A stretch of 64,000 nucleotides of DNA. It comes from the human T2T-CHM13v2.0 reference genome, Homo sapiens. The notes beneath the pieces are model-generated. The model was given only the letters and a program-made list of their open reading frames with translations, made no database searches and was not told the DNA's origin. The stretch is from assembly GCF_009914755.1 (NCBI RefSeq), contig NC_060931.1. The stretch is one strand, 5' to 3'. The translations under genes were made by a program, and so were the position numbers. Below are positions 40,000-53,128 of this stretch, piece by piece; positions within the stretch are counted from its first letter, which is position 1; every line of letters starts with the position of its first letter.

Positions 40000-42800
40000 A
40001 TCCTAGAAGAGAGAAATTAAAGTCAAAAAATGAAACAATTTTCTTCTCTCCCTTTCTCCCTACTCATCCTCCTTCATTCCTCTCTCGGTGTGGTTACTCC
40101 TCTTTTAACATGCTTTTTCCTTATTTTAAAAATTCATGATGTGCAAGTTATTTCATTCTTTTCTTATTTGACTTCTGTTTTCTCAAAGAACCCTATTTGG
40201 ACTTCATCAATTCTCTCTTTTGTCTCATCTAACTTTTTCTGCTTTTATTTTTATTACTTCCTTACTTTTCTGTATCTTCAATATATTCTTTTATAATTTG
40301 AGACTAAAGTTTAATTCATTATTTTTAGTTTTTTTCTTAAATATTTGTAGTTAAATATATTATGTAGGTAATATATTTAACATAAGGTAATGACTGTTCT
40401 TTCAACTCCTACCTTATATCCCATAGATCTCATATGTAGCTAACAATTTATTGTTTTCTAGATGCATGCAGTACAGGTTTCTATTTTCTCTTTGACCCAA
40501 GAGCTGTTTAAATAAAGCTTCTTTTAATTTCCAGGTGAAAATTCTCAAGAATTTTAAATATATGAAAAACTATGTTTACACAGCTTACTTGTAATAAGAA
40601 ACATACAAATTAAATCTGCTTTGTAATAGTATGTTTTTACATATCAGAGGGACAAAATACAAAAATTGCATTATATACTAAATTGCCAAGTTCTGTTGCT
40701 AAATCTTAATTTCTGAATTGCAGTCAAAATATGATTCTTATTATTTCTGTTTTGGTATCAAGTAATATATAACCCACTTTTGTGAATGATTTGTAGACAC
40801 TTGAAAAGAATTTCTAATTCCCTATTTTAGGGCAGAGAATTTGGTCTGTGTTATTTTTGTTATGTAGGATTTTTCTATCCTTAATTTATGTCGTCTTGAT
40901 CTGTCTTAGACTGGGATAGGTAAATTATACTCCCTTATTACTTGGTTGTCCTTCTCTCTTTTTCCTGTGGAGTTTGGCTTTTGGATATTTGTGCTTTGTT
41001 ACTGTGTGCATTACTATGAATAATTGTGTCTTTTAATGCTTTGTGGACATAACTCTACCTTGTTTGATATTGAAATGGTGAACTCTGCTTTTTTTCCCTT
41101 CTCTTCACTCTTCCTCTTCTTCTTTTTTTTTTTTTTTTTTTGCCTTTTGGTGTTTCTATTTGCTTGATATGACTTTGCCCATCCTTTCATTTAAATTTTT
41201 TCTGAAGCATTTTGTTTCAAGTGTGTCTCTTGTATGCATTATATAGCTTCTTATATATGTGGCCTTAATTCTTTGATAGTATAAAATGCAATTATAAATT
41301 ATATATAGTCTTGCCTCTATCTTGTGTTTCTTATGCTTATAATTTTTCTTTTAAGCTAATATTTAATAATGTTTTATTATTATTGTAGTGGTTACCTTAT
41401 AATTATAACATTATATAAGTAATATAAACCCTTGTTTTTTTATCACAAGCAATAAAAACTTAAAATATGTTCTCTTATTTCATCATATATTTTCTCTTGT
41501 CCATCATGCAATTTTAGCTGGTATTGTTAATCTTACTTAATGTTGCCTTTTGTACTGTTAAAGACACTTATACTAATATTCTACATTTGCCAATATTTTA
41601 AAAAATAGTATTTGAGTTTGGCATGCACCAACTTTTTCTTCGTCTCTAACTCATTCCCCATTATCCTTCCATTTGTTTTTCATATCATTTCTGCATTTCA
41701 GGGAATAGTAGCATTTCCAATCTGTCTTGTAACCTTAATTCCTGTTTTTGTTTTAGTCTTGCTTTTACAGGAAAATGTACTCATTGCTTACCATCAGCCC
41801 TTTCACTGTAATTTACCAGTCATCATTTGGCGGGATGAAGTTTGCCATCTAGTAATTTCCTTAAGAAGCTCTCATAAGATAATATAACCTGAATTCCTAC
41901 ATACGTAAAACTCTTTGTAGCATTTATATTTGAAGGACATCTTGGCTGAATAGAAAACCCTTGGTTCATTCCTTCCTTAAGTATCCTGTAAAAATTGTCT
42001 TTGGTCTTAAATGTTATTATGGAGAAATCTGGGGCCACATTGTTATTTTCTCCCTTTTATATAACTTGGTAATTTTGGCAAGCTGCCAGTAGCTTGAAAA
42101 CGCAATAAATTTTATAAGAGTATGTTTCATTGTTGAACATTCTAGGACAATTTTCTATGATGACAAGACAAGTCCTTTGGATGTGTAGATTTTAATTTTT
42201 TTTAATGGAGACTCTTGATGTATTCTAGCTTTGCAAATTTAGAAATACTTAGTTTTTCTTTTTCAGGGAGTTTAATTGCCTGCGTTTCTTTTCCCTGTGT
42301 TTCTAATCAATAGATTTTTACATTTTAAAAAACTCTATTCCTGTTTCCTTTAGTTGCATTTCTTGCACCTATTTTCTACATCCCTTACTGTATTTTGTGC
42401 AGTATCAATTTGGCCTGTGTTTCTTCCAATTTTATTCTCCTTTGTCTGATGGCTAGTTTTTTTCACATATTTTTTCTAAGTTCTTCCAATTCCCATTTTA
42501 TATCTTTCTGCTACTTTACCATCTCATTAACTCAATTCTAATGATTGTGCTGTGTGGTGTTTCTTATAGAGGGGCTTGCCTTGTTTAAATTGTTTAAATA
42601 TATTTAAATTGTTGACAAAAAGTATGTTCACTATTATCATCTGTTCAATGAGACCAACTTTTTCGCATGGGTTTTTCACTTGTTAATAATTATGCAACTC
42701 TCAATCTCTTTTTATTTCTTGCCCAAATGTTGTGCTAAATTTTTGTTACCGTGATTGTTACTCATCTGGAATGAATTGGATATTCCTGTCCAGGTATCTG
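40000..42800 (-). mobile_element. Highly diverged L1M(E) internal fragments
   Basis: T-rich tract with L1 antisense motifs (ttctctttgacccaaga, ctttgcccatcctt, ttggctgaatagaaa.ccttggtt). Confidence 0.55.
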
Positions 42801-42984
42801 CAAGAGGGTCCTGGTGGTGGTGAGGACCAGGTGCCATTAATGACCTTACAGCTCAAAAGCTTACTCTTCCATTGCCACAAAGATAGAGTGCTTCCTGAAA
42901 ACATATGGATTTCTCACATAGCCTCCGTCTTCTGTTTCCCTGGAAATAGGGTCTAGGAGAAGGCTTCTCACGCTAGTCAATGTA

Positions 42985-44914
42985 ACTTTTTTTTGCTTTT
43001 TTATTGATACACAGTAGTTGTTCATATTCATGAGTTACTTGTGATAATTGGATACATGTGTACAATGTGTGATAATCAAATCAGGGTAATTGAGATAGCC
43101 ATCACTTCAACAATCATCTCTTTGTGTTAGGAATATTACAAAGCCTGTCTTCTAGCTATTTTGAAATATACAAGTTATTGTTAAGTACAGTTCCCTTAGT
43201 GTGCTATTGCACACTAGAACTTATCCCTTCCCTCCATTTGTACACACTAAACAACCTCTAATTATCTTCCCCTCCCCTTTACCCTTCCCAGCATCTGGGT
43301 AACTCACTACTCTACTTTCTACCTCAATGAGTTCATTTTATTTTTAGCTCCCACGTATGAGTTAGAACATATATTTGTCTTTCTGTGTCTGGCTTATTTC
43401 ACTTAATATAATGTCCTCCAGTTCCATCCGTGTTGCTTCAAATAACAGGATTTTTTCTTTGTAATTGCTAAATAATATTCCATTTTGTATATATGCCACA
43501 TTTCTTTATCTTTTCATCCATTGATGAACACTTAGGTTGATTCCATATCTTAGCTATTGTGAATAAGTCTGCAATAAACATGGGAGTGCACATATCTCTT
43601 CGATATACTGATTTTCTTTATTTTAGATATACACTCTGCATTGGAATTGCTGGGTCATATTGTAGTTATATTTTTTAGTTATTTGAGGAAACTCCATACT
43701 GTTCTCCACAGTGTCTCTACTAATTTACATTCCCACCTAACAGAGTGTGGGTTTTCCCTTTTCTCCAAATCCCTGCCAGCGTCTGTTATTTTCTCTCTTT
43801 TTGATAGTAGCTATTTCAATTGGGGTAAGATGATATCTCACTGTGGGTTTGATTTGCATTTTTTTGATGATTCATGATGTTCAGCATATATTTGTATAAC
43901 TGTTGGCCATTTGTGGTCGTTTATTTTTGAGAAATATTGAGTCAGATCTTTTGCCTATGTTTTAATTGGATTATGTGGGTTTCTTGCTATTGTATTTGTT
44001 TGAGTTTCTTGTATATTCAGGCTATTAGTCCCTTGTCAGATGGATACTTTGCAAATATTTTCTCCCATTCTGTAGGTTGTCTTTACACTTTGCTGATTGT
44101 TTCCTTTGTTTGCAGAAGCTTTTTAGCTTGATGTAACATCATTTGTCTATTTTTGCTTTTGTTGTCTGTGCTTTTGAGGTCTTACACAAAAAGTCTTTGT
44201 CCAGAATCAGTGTCCTGAAGCAGTTCTCTGATATTTTCTTCTTGTAGTTTTATTGTTTTGAGCTTTACATTTAAGTCTTTAATCTATTTAGAGTTGATGT
44301 TTGTATATGGCAAGAGATAAGGCTCTAGTTTCATTCTTCTGCATATGGTTATTCAGTTTTTCCAGCATCATTTATTGAAGAGATAGTCCTTTTCCCAATG
44401 TATGAACTTGGAGCCTTTGTTGAAAATGTGTTGGCTACAAATGTGTGGGTTTATATTTGTGTTCTTTATTCTGTTTCATTGGTTTATGTGTCTGTTTTTA
44501 ACCAAAGAAGTGAAAGATATCTACAAAGAAAACTATGAAATGTTGATGTGATGTGAGAAGTTAAAGAGGACATAAAAAATGAAAAGATATCCTATGCTTA
44601 TTGATTAAAAAAATTGTTAAAATGTCTACATTACCCAAAACAATCTGCAGATCCAATACAATCCTTATTAAAATACCAATGACATTCCTCACAGAAATAG
44701 AAAAAAATCCTAAAACTTATATGGAACCACAAAAGACCCAGAATAACCAAAGCTATCTTGAGGAAAAAAAATGAAGCTGGAAGCATCACACTACTTGTCT
44801 TCAAAATATAATACAAAACCATAGTAATCAAAGCTTTAGTCTCCATTTTATTTATTTCTGCTCTAATATAAAGTCTTTCATCAAAGAAAAGCCCAGGACC
44901 TGATGGCTTCACTG
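42985..44914 (-). mobile_element. L1MA element with inverted and rearranged 5' portion
   Basis: Antisense 3' UTR/ORF2 end 42985-44500; sense ORF2 piece 44501-44834; two further short pieces to 44914. Confidence 0.85.
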
Positions 44915-45157
44915 TGACCCGTGTTCTGCTTGCTCCAACCTCTGGTCCTTGCCCTTTTTTTTCCTTTGCCTGGAGCAGTCTTCCTTTAGATACCTGTGTG
45001 ACTCATTTCCTTACTTCATCCGCTTTCTGCTTGAGTATTTTTTTCCCGCTGTCAGCTCAGCTAATCACCCTGTCTGAAATAGCATTCCTTCTCACTTTTG
45101 GTTAAGCTAGTTCTTTTTTACTCATAGCATTTATCACTACCTGATATTATGCATCTC

Positions 45158-45578
45158 TGTTTTAGTCCTTTCTGTGCTGCTATCACAGAATACCCGAGAC
45201 TGGGTAGTCTGTGAAGAAGAGAAATTTATTTGGCTCATAATTCTGGCAGGAAGTCCAAGATCAGGCAGCCTTTCTGGTCAGCTTCTGCTGAGGGTGTCAT
45301 GCCACTTCAACTCATGGCGGAAAGTGTAAGGGGAAGAGGGTGTGCGCTCCATACATGAGAGGCAACCCTGCTTCATAACAGCCAGCTATCTCAAGTACCT
45401 GGAATCTATCAATCCAGTATCCTGGAAACTCAACTTGTCTCATGAGAACTGCATTAATCCATTCATGAGTGTGGAGACCCCATAACCCAAACACCTCTTA
45501 AAGGCTGCATCACCTCTCAATACCATCACATGGGCAATTAAATGTCAACATGAGTTTTGGCAGAGACAGAACATAGCA
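45158..45578 (-). mobile_element. MST/MLT1A-type MaLR solo LTR with 5-bp TSD ATCTC, nested in an L2 (~44915-45740)
   Basis: tgttttagtcc..tgtgctgctat.acagaatacccgagactggg...catagca; ATCTC at 45153-45157 and 45579-45583. Confidence 0.88.
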
Positions 45579-46505
45579 ATCTCTGTGTTTATTGGATTAT
45601 TTTATGTCCCCTCCCACCTTGCCGACACACTGGAATGAAAGATCCTTAATGGCAGGACCTTTTTCTGTTTGGCTCATTCATGTATCACCAGCCCAGTAAC
45701 ACGGCTTGTACCTTCAGTTGGTCTCAATGTTGAATAAATAATTATTATGTGGATTTAGAGCTCAGAGAGTATGTGGTGAGAAGACAGAGGGTCCAGCTTG
45801 AGGTAGGAATGCCTACATTTAAAGGCAGGTAAAGGAGAAGTTGCCAAGATGTGGGTGCAAAGCTGGGAGTTGTTCTGGAAGCTAAGAGAAAAGAGAGGAG
45901 GAGGGAATGACCAATGCCATCCAACATGTCTGAGAACTCAAGAAGGAAAATGACTGGATAATTCTCATTGGATTTTGAGGCATGACTGTCATTGATGCCC
46001 TAGATAAGAGTCATTTCAAGTGTATATTAGAAATGGAGCCCAGTTAGAGTGGGTTGAAATATGAGTGTTAGGAAAATAGAAAGGAAGACTTTCATTTGCC
46101 AATTTTCACGTATTTTGTAGATGATAATCTGTGATCAATTAATATCAATAATTGAAGATAGATAATGGTCCCAATTAAATGGGGGAAATGGCAGGCATGG
46201 ATTAATGACCTGCTTTGCTCCAACCTGCTCTGCCTATGGCAGGTGTCAGAGAGTATTGTGGTTGGGCTATGGCTCTCTGAGAGATCTCGAACCAGTTGTG
46301 TCTCCTTCATGGGTTCCTTCATGAATTTGCATACCTACAAAATCAGCACACCAATCATGGCCCTCCTACCTAAGTCACAGGCATGTAGAAATGACCAAAG
46401 GAGATATCACTCCTGAAAGAGCTTTCTAACTTGGAAGAAAAATGTAAAAAATTAGTAGAGTCATTTTGCTTGTCTCCGGATGCTGACTGAATTATCCCCT
46501 TACAG

Positions 46506-46620
46506 ATTCCTGAACAACGTTGGTTTCTTTTTTCCACTGATAATGATGCTGACGTGGATGGTGTCTGTGGCCAGCATGGTCAGAAAGTTGGTGTATGAGC
46601 AGGAGATACAGATAGAAGAG
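46506..46620 (+). CDS. ABCA13: ABCA13 exon, 115 nt, phase 2-0: (L)[38 protein letters not shown] (TM2 and intracellular helix)
   Basis: Branch ctgac (46483-46487), acceptor ccccttacag, donor GAG|gtaaat; hydrophobic helix followed by VYE.E. Confidence 0.95.
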
Positions 46621-47017
46621 GTAAATATCCTTAAACCTTGCCTGGGAGACAAAGATAGGGAGGCTGGGGACTTTGGAAATGGATCTTGTCCCATAACCAA
46701 CCTGAGCCTCTCTGTTTTGCTTCCCTCTCCTCTGCTGGGGTTCTGGTGTACAAAATAGCTGAGTCCCTGTTCCAGAAAGAAGATTTTATGTTGAAGTCTG
46801 AAGCAATGCCAGATATTTTCCACTGACATGAAAGAAAGCCAAAGAATAGCCACATGAGATTGCAAGAACAAAGCCAGTGTTCCTCATTCAGCAACTTTTT
46901 TAAAACCCAGAAAAACATAGCAGCAGACTTCCCATCTTAATTTATGCTTAGAATTTTTTATGTAGAGACCCTGCTATTTTTTTTGTAATACTGTTATAAA
47001 ACTTGAAACTATCATAA

Positions 47018-47393
47018 CTTAAATTTTTTTATTTCCATAGGTTTTTTGGGGAACAGGTGGTGTTTGGTTACATGAATAAGTTCTTCGGTAGCGATTTCTG
47101 AGATTTTGGTGCACCCATCACCCGAGCAGTGTACCCTGTACCCAGTGTATAGTCTTTTATCAATCACCATCCCCAACCCTTTACTCTGAGTCCCCAAAGT
47201 CCAAAGAATCATTCTTATACCTTTGTGTCTCATAGCTTAGCTCCCACACGTGAGTGAGAACATATGATGTTTGGTTTTGCATTCCTGAGTTACTTCGCTT
47301 AGAATAATAGTCTCTAATTCCATCCAGGTTGCTCTGAATGCTATTATTTCATTCCTTTTTATGGATGAGTATATCCCATGGTGTGTGTGTGTG

Positions 47394-47431
<38 letters not shown>

Positions 47432-49626
47432 CACACACACATTTATATATATACATTTATATATATATATACACACATATACATATACACACACACACAC
47501 ACACACACAGACATTTTCTTTATTCACTCATTGATTGATGGGCATCTGGGTTGGTTCCATATTTTTGTAATTGCGAATTGTGCTGCTATAAACATATGTG
47601 TGCAACTATCTTTTTCATGTAATGACTTCAGGAGTGGGATTGCTGGTTCAAATGGTAGATCTACTTTTAGTTCTTTAAGGAATCTCCACACTGTTTTCCA
47701 TAGTGGTTGTACTAATTTACATTCCCACCAACAGTGTAACAGTGTTCCTTTTTCACCGCATCCATGCCAACATCGATTATTTTTTGATTTTTTTGATTAT
47801 GGCCATTCTTGCAGGAGTAGAGTGGTATTACATTGTGGTTTTGATTTGCACTTCCCTGATAATTAGTGACGATGAGTATTTTTCCATATGTTTGTTGACC
47901 ATTTGTCTATCTTCTTTTGAGAATTGTCTGTTCACGTCCTTCACCCGCTTTTTGATGAAATTGTTTTTTTCTTGCAGTTCTTTGTAGATTCTGGATATTA
48001 GTCATTTGCTGGATATATAGATTGTGAAGATTTTCTCCTGCTCTGTGGGTTGTCCATTTACTCTGCTGATTATTTCTTTTGCTGTGCAGAAGCCATTTAG
48101 TTTAATTAAGTCCCAATATATTTATCTTTGTTTTCGTTGCATTTGCTTTTGGGTTCTTGGTCATGAAGTATTTGCCTAAGCCAATGTATAGAAGGGTTTT
48201 TCTGATGTTATTTTTCTAGACTCGTTATGGTCTCAGGGCTTAGATTTAAGTCTTTTATCCACCTTGAGTTGATTTTTGTATAAGGTGAGAGATGAGGATC
48301 CAGTTTCATTCTTCAACATGTGGGTTGCCAATTATCCCAACATCATTTGTTGAATAGGGTGTCCTTTCCCCACTTTATGTTTTTGTTTGCTTTGTTGAAG
48401 ATCAGTTGGCTGTAAATATTTGGTTTTATTTCTGGGTTCTTTATTCTGTTCGATTGGTCTATGTGCCTATTTTTATACCAGTACCATGCTATTTTGGTGA
48501 CTATGTCCTTATAGTATAGTTTGAAGTCGGATAATGTGATGCCTCCAGATTTGTTCTTTTTGCTTAGTCTTGCTTTGACTGTGTGGGTTATTTTTTGGTT
48601 CCATATGAATTTTAGGATTTTTTTTTTAGTTCTGTGAAGAGTAATGGTGGTGTTTTGATGGGAATTGCATTGAATTGCAGATTGCTTTTGGCAGTATGGT
48701 CATTTTCACAATATTGATTCTACCCATCCGTGAGCATGGCATGTGTTTCCTTTGTTTGCGTCATCTGTGATTTCTTTTAACAGTGTTTTGTAGTTTTCCT
48801 TGTAGAGGTGGTTCACCTCCTTGTTTAGGTATATTCCTAAGTATTTTATTTTATTTTTTGTAGCTATTGTGAAAGGGGTTGTGTTCTTGATTTGACTCTC
48901 AGCTTGGTCACTGTTGGTGTATAGCAGAGCTACTGATTTGTGTACATGAATTTTGTATCCTGAAACTTTGCTGAATTTATTTATCAGTTCTAGGAGCTTT
49001 TTGGATGAGTCTTTAGGGTTTTCTAGGTATATGATATTATCATCAACAAACAGCAACAGTTTGATTTCCTCTTTACTGATTTGGATGCCCTTCATTTCTT
49101 TATCTTGTTTGATTGCTCTGACTAGGACTTCCAGTACTACATTGAATAGTAGTGGTGAAAGTGGGCATCCTTATCTTGTTCCAGTTCTCAGAGGAAATGC
49201 TTTCAACTTTTCCCTGTTCAGTATAATGTTGGCTGTGGGTTTGCCATATACGGCTCAGACCATAGTGAAATAAAATTGGAAATCAACTACAAAAAGAACA
49301 CTCAAAACCATGCAAATACATGGAAATTAAATAACATGCTCCTGAATGGTTGTTGGGTCAAGAATGAAATCAAGGTGGAAACTAACTGAACTGAATGATA
49401 ATAGTGATACAACCTATCAAAACCTTTGGGATATTGCAAAAGCGATGCTAAGAAGAAAGTTCACAACGTTAAATATCTACATCAAAAAGTTTGAAAGAGC
49501 ACAAATAGACAACCAAGGGTCACACGTCATGGAACTGGAGAAACAAGAACAATAGAAACCCAAACCTAGCAGAAGAAAAGAAATAACAAAGATGAGAGAA
49601 TAACTAAATGAAATTGAAACAAAAAA
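47018..49626 (-). mobile_element. L1PB (antisense 47018-49250) with an adjoining sense-oriented ORF2 piece (49251-49626)
   Basis: L1PB 3' end ggggaacaggtggtgtttggttacatgaataagttc; degraded RT peptide [13 protein letters not shown] (48706-49095). Confidence 0.88.
47381..47509. repeat. (TG)n(TA)n(CA)n compound microsatellite inside the L1PB
   Basis: Directly visible. Confidence 0.97.
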
Positions 49627-50658
49627 GTACATTTAAGTCTTTACTCCATCTTGAGTTAAGTTTTATATAAGGTTTAAGGAAGGAGTCCAGTTTCAATTTT
49701 CTGCATATGGCTAGCCAGTTTTCCTGGTACCATTTATTAAATAGGGAACCCTTTCCCCATTGCTTATTTTTGTCAGGTTTGTCGAAGATCAGATGGTTAT
49801 AGATGTGTGGTCTTATTTCTGAGATCTCTATTCTGTTCCATTGGTTTATGTGTCTGTTTTTGCTCCAGTACCATGCTGTTTTGGTTACTGTAGCTTTGTA
49901 GTATAGTTTGAAGTCAGGTAGCATGATGCCTCCAGTTTTGTTTCTTTCTCTTAGGATTGTCTTGACTATACAGGCTCTTTTTTTTGGTTCCATATGAATT
50001 TTAAAGTAGATTTATCTAATTCTGTGAAGAGTGCCAATGGTAGTTTAATGGGAATAGCATTGAATCTATAAATTACTTAGAGCAGTGTGGCCATTTTCAT
50101 GATATTGATTCTTCCTATCCATGACCATGGAATGTTTTTCTATTTGTTTGTGTCCTCTCTTATTTCCTTGAGCAGTGGTTTGTAGTTCTCCTTGTAGAGG
50201 TCCTTCATCCTTCACTTCCCTTGTTAGCTGTATTCTTAGACATTTTATTCTCTTTGTGGCAATTGTGAATGGGAGTTCATTCACGATTTGGCTCTCTGCT
50301 TGTTTCCTGTTGGTGTATAGGAATGCTTGTGATTTTTGCACATTGATTTTGTAACCTGAGACTTGGCTGAAGTTGCTTATTAGCTTTAGGAACTTTTGGG
50401 CTGAGACGATGGGGTTTTCTAGATATAGGATCATGTCATCTGCAAAAAGAGACAGTTTGACTTCCTCTTTTTCTATTTGAATACGCTTTATTTCTTTCTC
50501 TTGTCTATTTGGCCTGGCCAGAACTTCCAATACAGTGTTGAATAGGAGTGGTGAGAGAGGGCATCCTTGTCCTGTGCCAGTTTTTAAGGGGAATGCTTCC
50601 AGCTTTTGTCCATTCAGTATGATATTGGCGACGGGTTTGTCATGAATGGCTCTTTTAT
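49627..50658 (-). mobile_element. L1PA ORF2 reverse-transcriptase fragment, truncated at both ends and frameshifted
   Basis: [29 protein letters not shown] and [15 protein letters not shown] occur in two different frames. Confidence 0.92.
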
Positions 50659-50879
50659 AAAAATTTAATTTAATTTTAAGTTCCAGGATACAAGTGCTCA
50701 TGAAAATCAAATACCAAGCTTGAGGAGGCAATGTCCTTCCCAGGGCCCTTCACAGGGCTGAATTTGCAAGCAAGCAGATTTACCTTTCCACTGGTCCACC
50801 TTCTTTCTCCTACCATCTGATTTGTTCTTCCTCAAGTACGCATGCTGTGGTAACCTTGGGTTTTTTCTCTTTTTGGTAG

Positions 50880-51209
50880 TATATGCGGATGATGGGAGTG
50901 CATCCAGTGATCCATTTCCTGGCCTGGTTCCTGGAGAACATGGCTGTGTTGACCATAAGCAGTGCTACTCTGGCCATCGTTCTGAAAACAAGTGGCATCT
51001 TTGCACACAGCAATACCTTTATTGTTTTCCTCTTTCTCTTGGATTTTGGGATGTCAGTCGTCATGCTGAGCTACCTCTTGAGTGCATTTTTCAGCCAAGC
51101 TAATACAGCGGCCCTTTGTACCAGCCTGGTGTACATGATCAGCTTTCTGCCCTACATAGTTCTATTGGTTCTACATAACCAATTAAGTTTTGTTAATCAG
51201 ACATTTCTG
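50880..51209 (+). CDS. ABCA13: ABCA13 exon, 330 nt, phase 0-0: [110 protein letters not shown] (TM3-TM5)
   Basis: Acceptor ttttttctctttttggtag, donor CTG|gtaagt; S.FFS.AN.AA and YxISFLPY motifs of ABCA TMD1. Confidence 0.96.
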
Positions 51210-53058
51210 GTAAGTAAGTTGTTTTGTAAAAAAAAAAAAAAAAAACAACAAAATTGCAATCTATCTAACAAGACAAAATCCCACCACTCTCACTTTTTCA
51301 ATTTGTCATGTTCATATCTACATGGGCTTTCTGATATCTGCTTTTTAAAATCTTACCCACAAATGCAAACCGTTGAAACTGCAGGGTTTTTGCTGGACAG
51401 CAGCCCATTAAGAATGTCCAGTTTTTACATAACAGAGACTTTCTGCAGATTCTGGAAAATAAGCAACATTCTTAAGGAAGCATATAACTTTATTTTCTCT
51501 TTCATGCACAGAAAAAAGCTAGATTTCTAAAGCAATTTTAGAAGTAAAAAATAAGCATTTTTTCTTGAAACATTATGAATTACATCACATTAAGTGGAAA
51601 AATCTCTCTGTTAGCAATGTCAGAGTCACTCATCCATTTAAAATGTACCTCCTAAAAACGTATGATAACACTTTCAGGTCTGTAACATCAAATACGTAGA
51701 ACATAAAAAAGTATTCATTCTTTTATGGCAATTGCTGGCAAGCGCAGTGCCTGACACATAGTAGGAACTCAATCAAAGCGAGGGTGAACCATCACTATTA
51801 AAATGATCTGTTTCAGAGAGCCAGTGGCATCACTATAAACACTTGCACTGTGCTCAAGACTTTATTCTCTCCAGCAGGTCAAGTGACTTCCTAAAATTGC
51901 AGTCTGTTGAGAGATAAGACAGAGTCATTAACAGAGACTTTGGGGAGGTGTCAAGGAGACCTAGATTACGGGGCTGCTCAGGGGTATTTAAAGGCCCTTA
52001 AAAGTCCTTTAGTCCAGCACAGGATTCATGACGGCCCCAGTGCTTCACTCACTTATTGGGAGCAAAACACCTTCTCTGCTCATTTAGGGCCTAGAGTAAA
52101 ATATTTCTATGAAAGCCAAGTGATTTGTCTTCAACTTCAGTAAACGATTCAAAGCTGTCTGGTTTCTACTAGCCATATGCTCACAACAAAGATATACATA
52201 CAGAATGAAAAAGTGGTTATATTCCATCAGTGTTTTATCTATTGGTATGTGTTCATTGGTCTTGATTAGCTTATGTTACATTTGTAAAAACCCATAACCA
52301 ATAACTTCCTGTTAGTGTTAATTAGCTGTTTTCAGAATAATTAACACAAGTGGGACCATTGGTGGTCCTTCCCCATATACTCCTTGTACATAGAAAAAGA
52401 GTCATCCATGATCTGACCTGATTTTCAGATGGTGTTATTTTTAATTTTACTTCAGTCATTATATTCGTGGGTTCTGTGCACATAAAATTTGATTTTCTGT
52501 TTACATATTCAAATGCTTTCTAGCAAGTAAAAAATATCTAACTCTGGTACACTGTATTTTTTAATGTAAGATATTTTTTTCAATGGGGTTTCGTTCTAAC
52601 ATAAGACTTCTCCACTGAGATACAATAACATTTTTCTTCAATACACCTTCTTTCTAGTGTAGAATAGTGTATGCATTCCATCAGTCAGCCTGCAGTGTGC
52701 TCCAGGGCATTCACTTAATAATAAAAAATAGTAAATTACTCTATTCCAGTTTTCACTGTTTTGTGTTACACATTTCTGTGTATGATACATTGGATTTATG
52801 ACACTTCAAGCATCTCGGTAAAGAGAAATAATTCCTTTTAACGTTAAAAACTAGCTTGTTATCATGCTTTTCAGAGTGGGCTGACATTCCGCTAAGATTT
52901 TCAGATCAAAATATTTAAATGACTGCCTGAAGCGATGGTTGGGCGTCATCAGAATGAAAAGTTGTCATGGCTTCGCTCCTTGAATTAAGTGTTGTGGATT
53001 TTCTGTGGTCCCAATCAAAACACTAACGTGCAGTTTTTCTCCATCAATCTGTGGGCAG

Positions 53059-53128
53059 TGCCTTCTTTCGACAACCGCCTTTGGACAAGGGGTATTTTTT
53101 ATTACATTCCTGGAAGGACAAGAGACAG
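53059..53128 (+). CDS. ABCA13: ABCA13 exon, 70 nt, phase 0-1: [23 protein letters not shown](G)
   Basis: Branch cactaac (53021-53027), acceptor gggcag, donor CAG|gtaaga; homologous to the ABCA1 SLLSPVAFGFG...FEEQG segment. Confidence 0.93.

Noticed and set aside
50066-50731. 221-aa reverse-transcriptase ORF as a domesticated gene
   Set aside because: Truncated, frameshifted L1PA ORF2 whose start codon comes from unrelated flanking DNA.
50883-51530. 215-aa ORF as a standalone membrane protein
   Set aside because: It is the 330-nt exon read through a consensus donor into intron; homology ends at NQTFL and the poly-A run gives poly-Lys.
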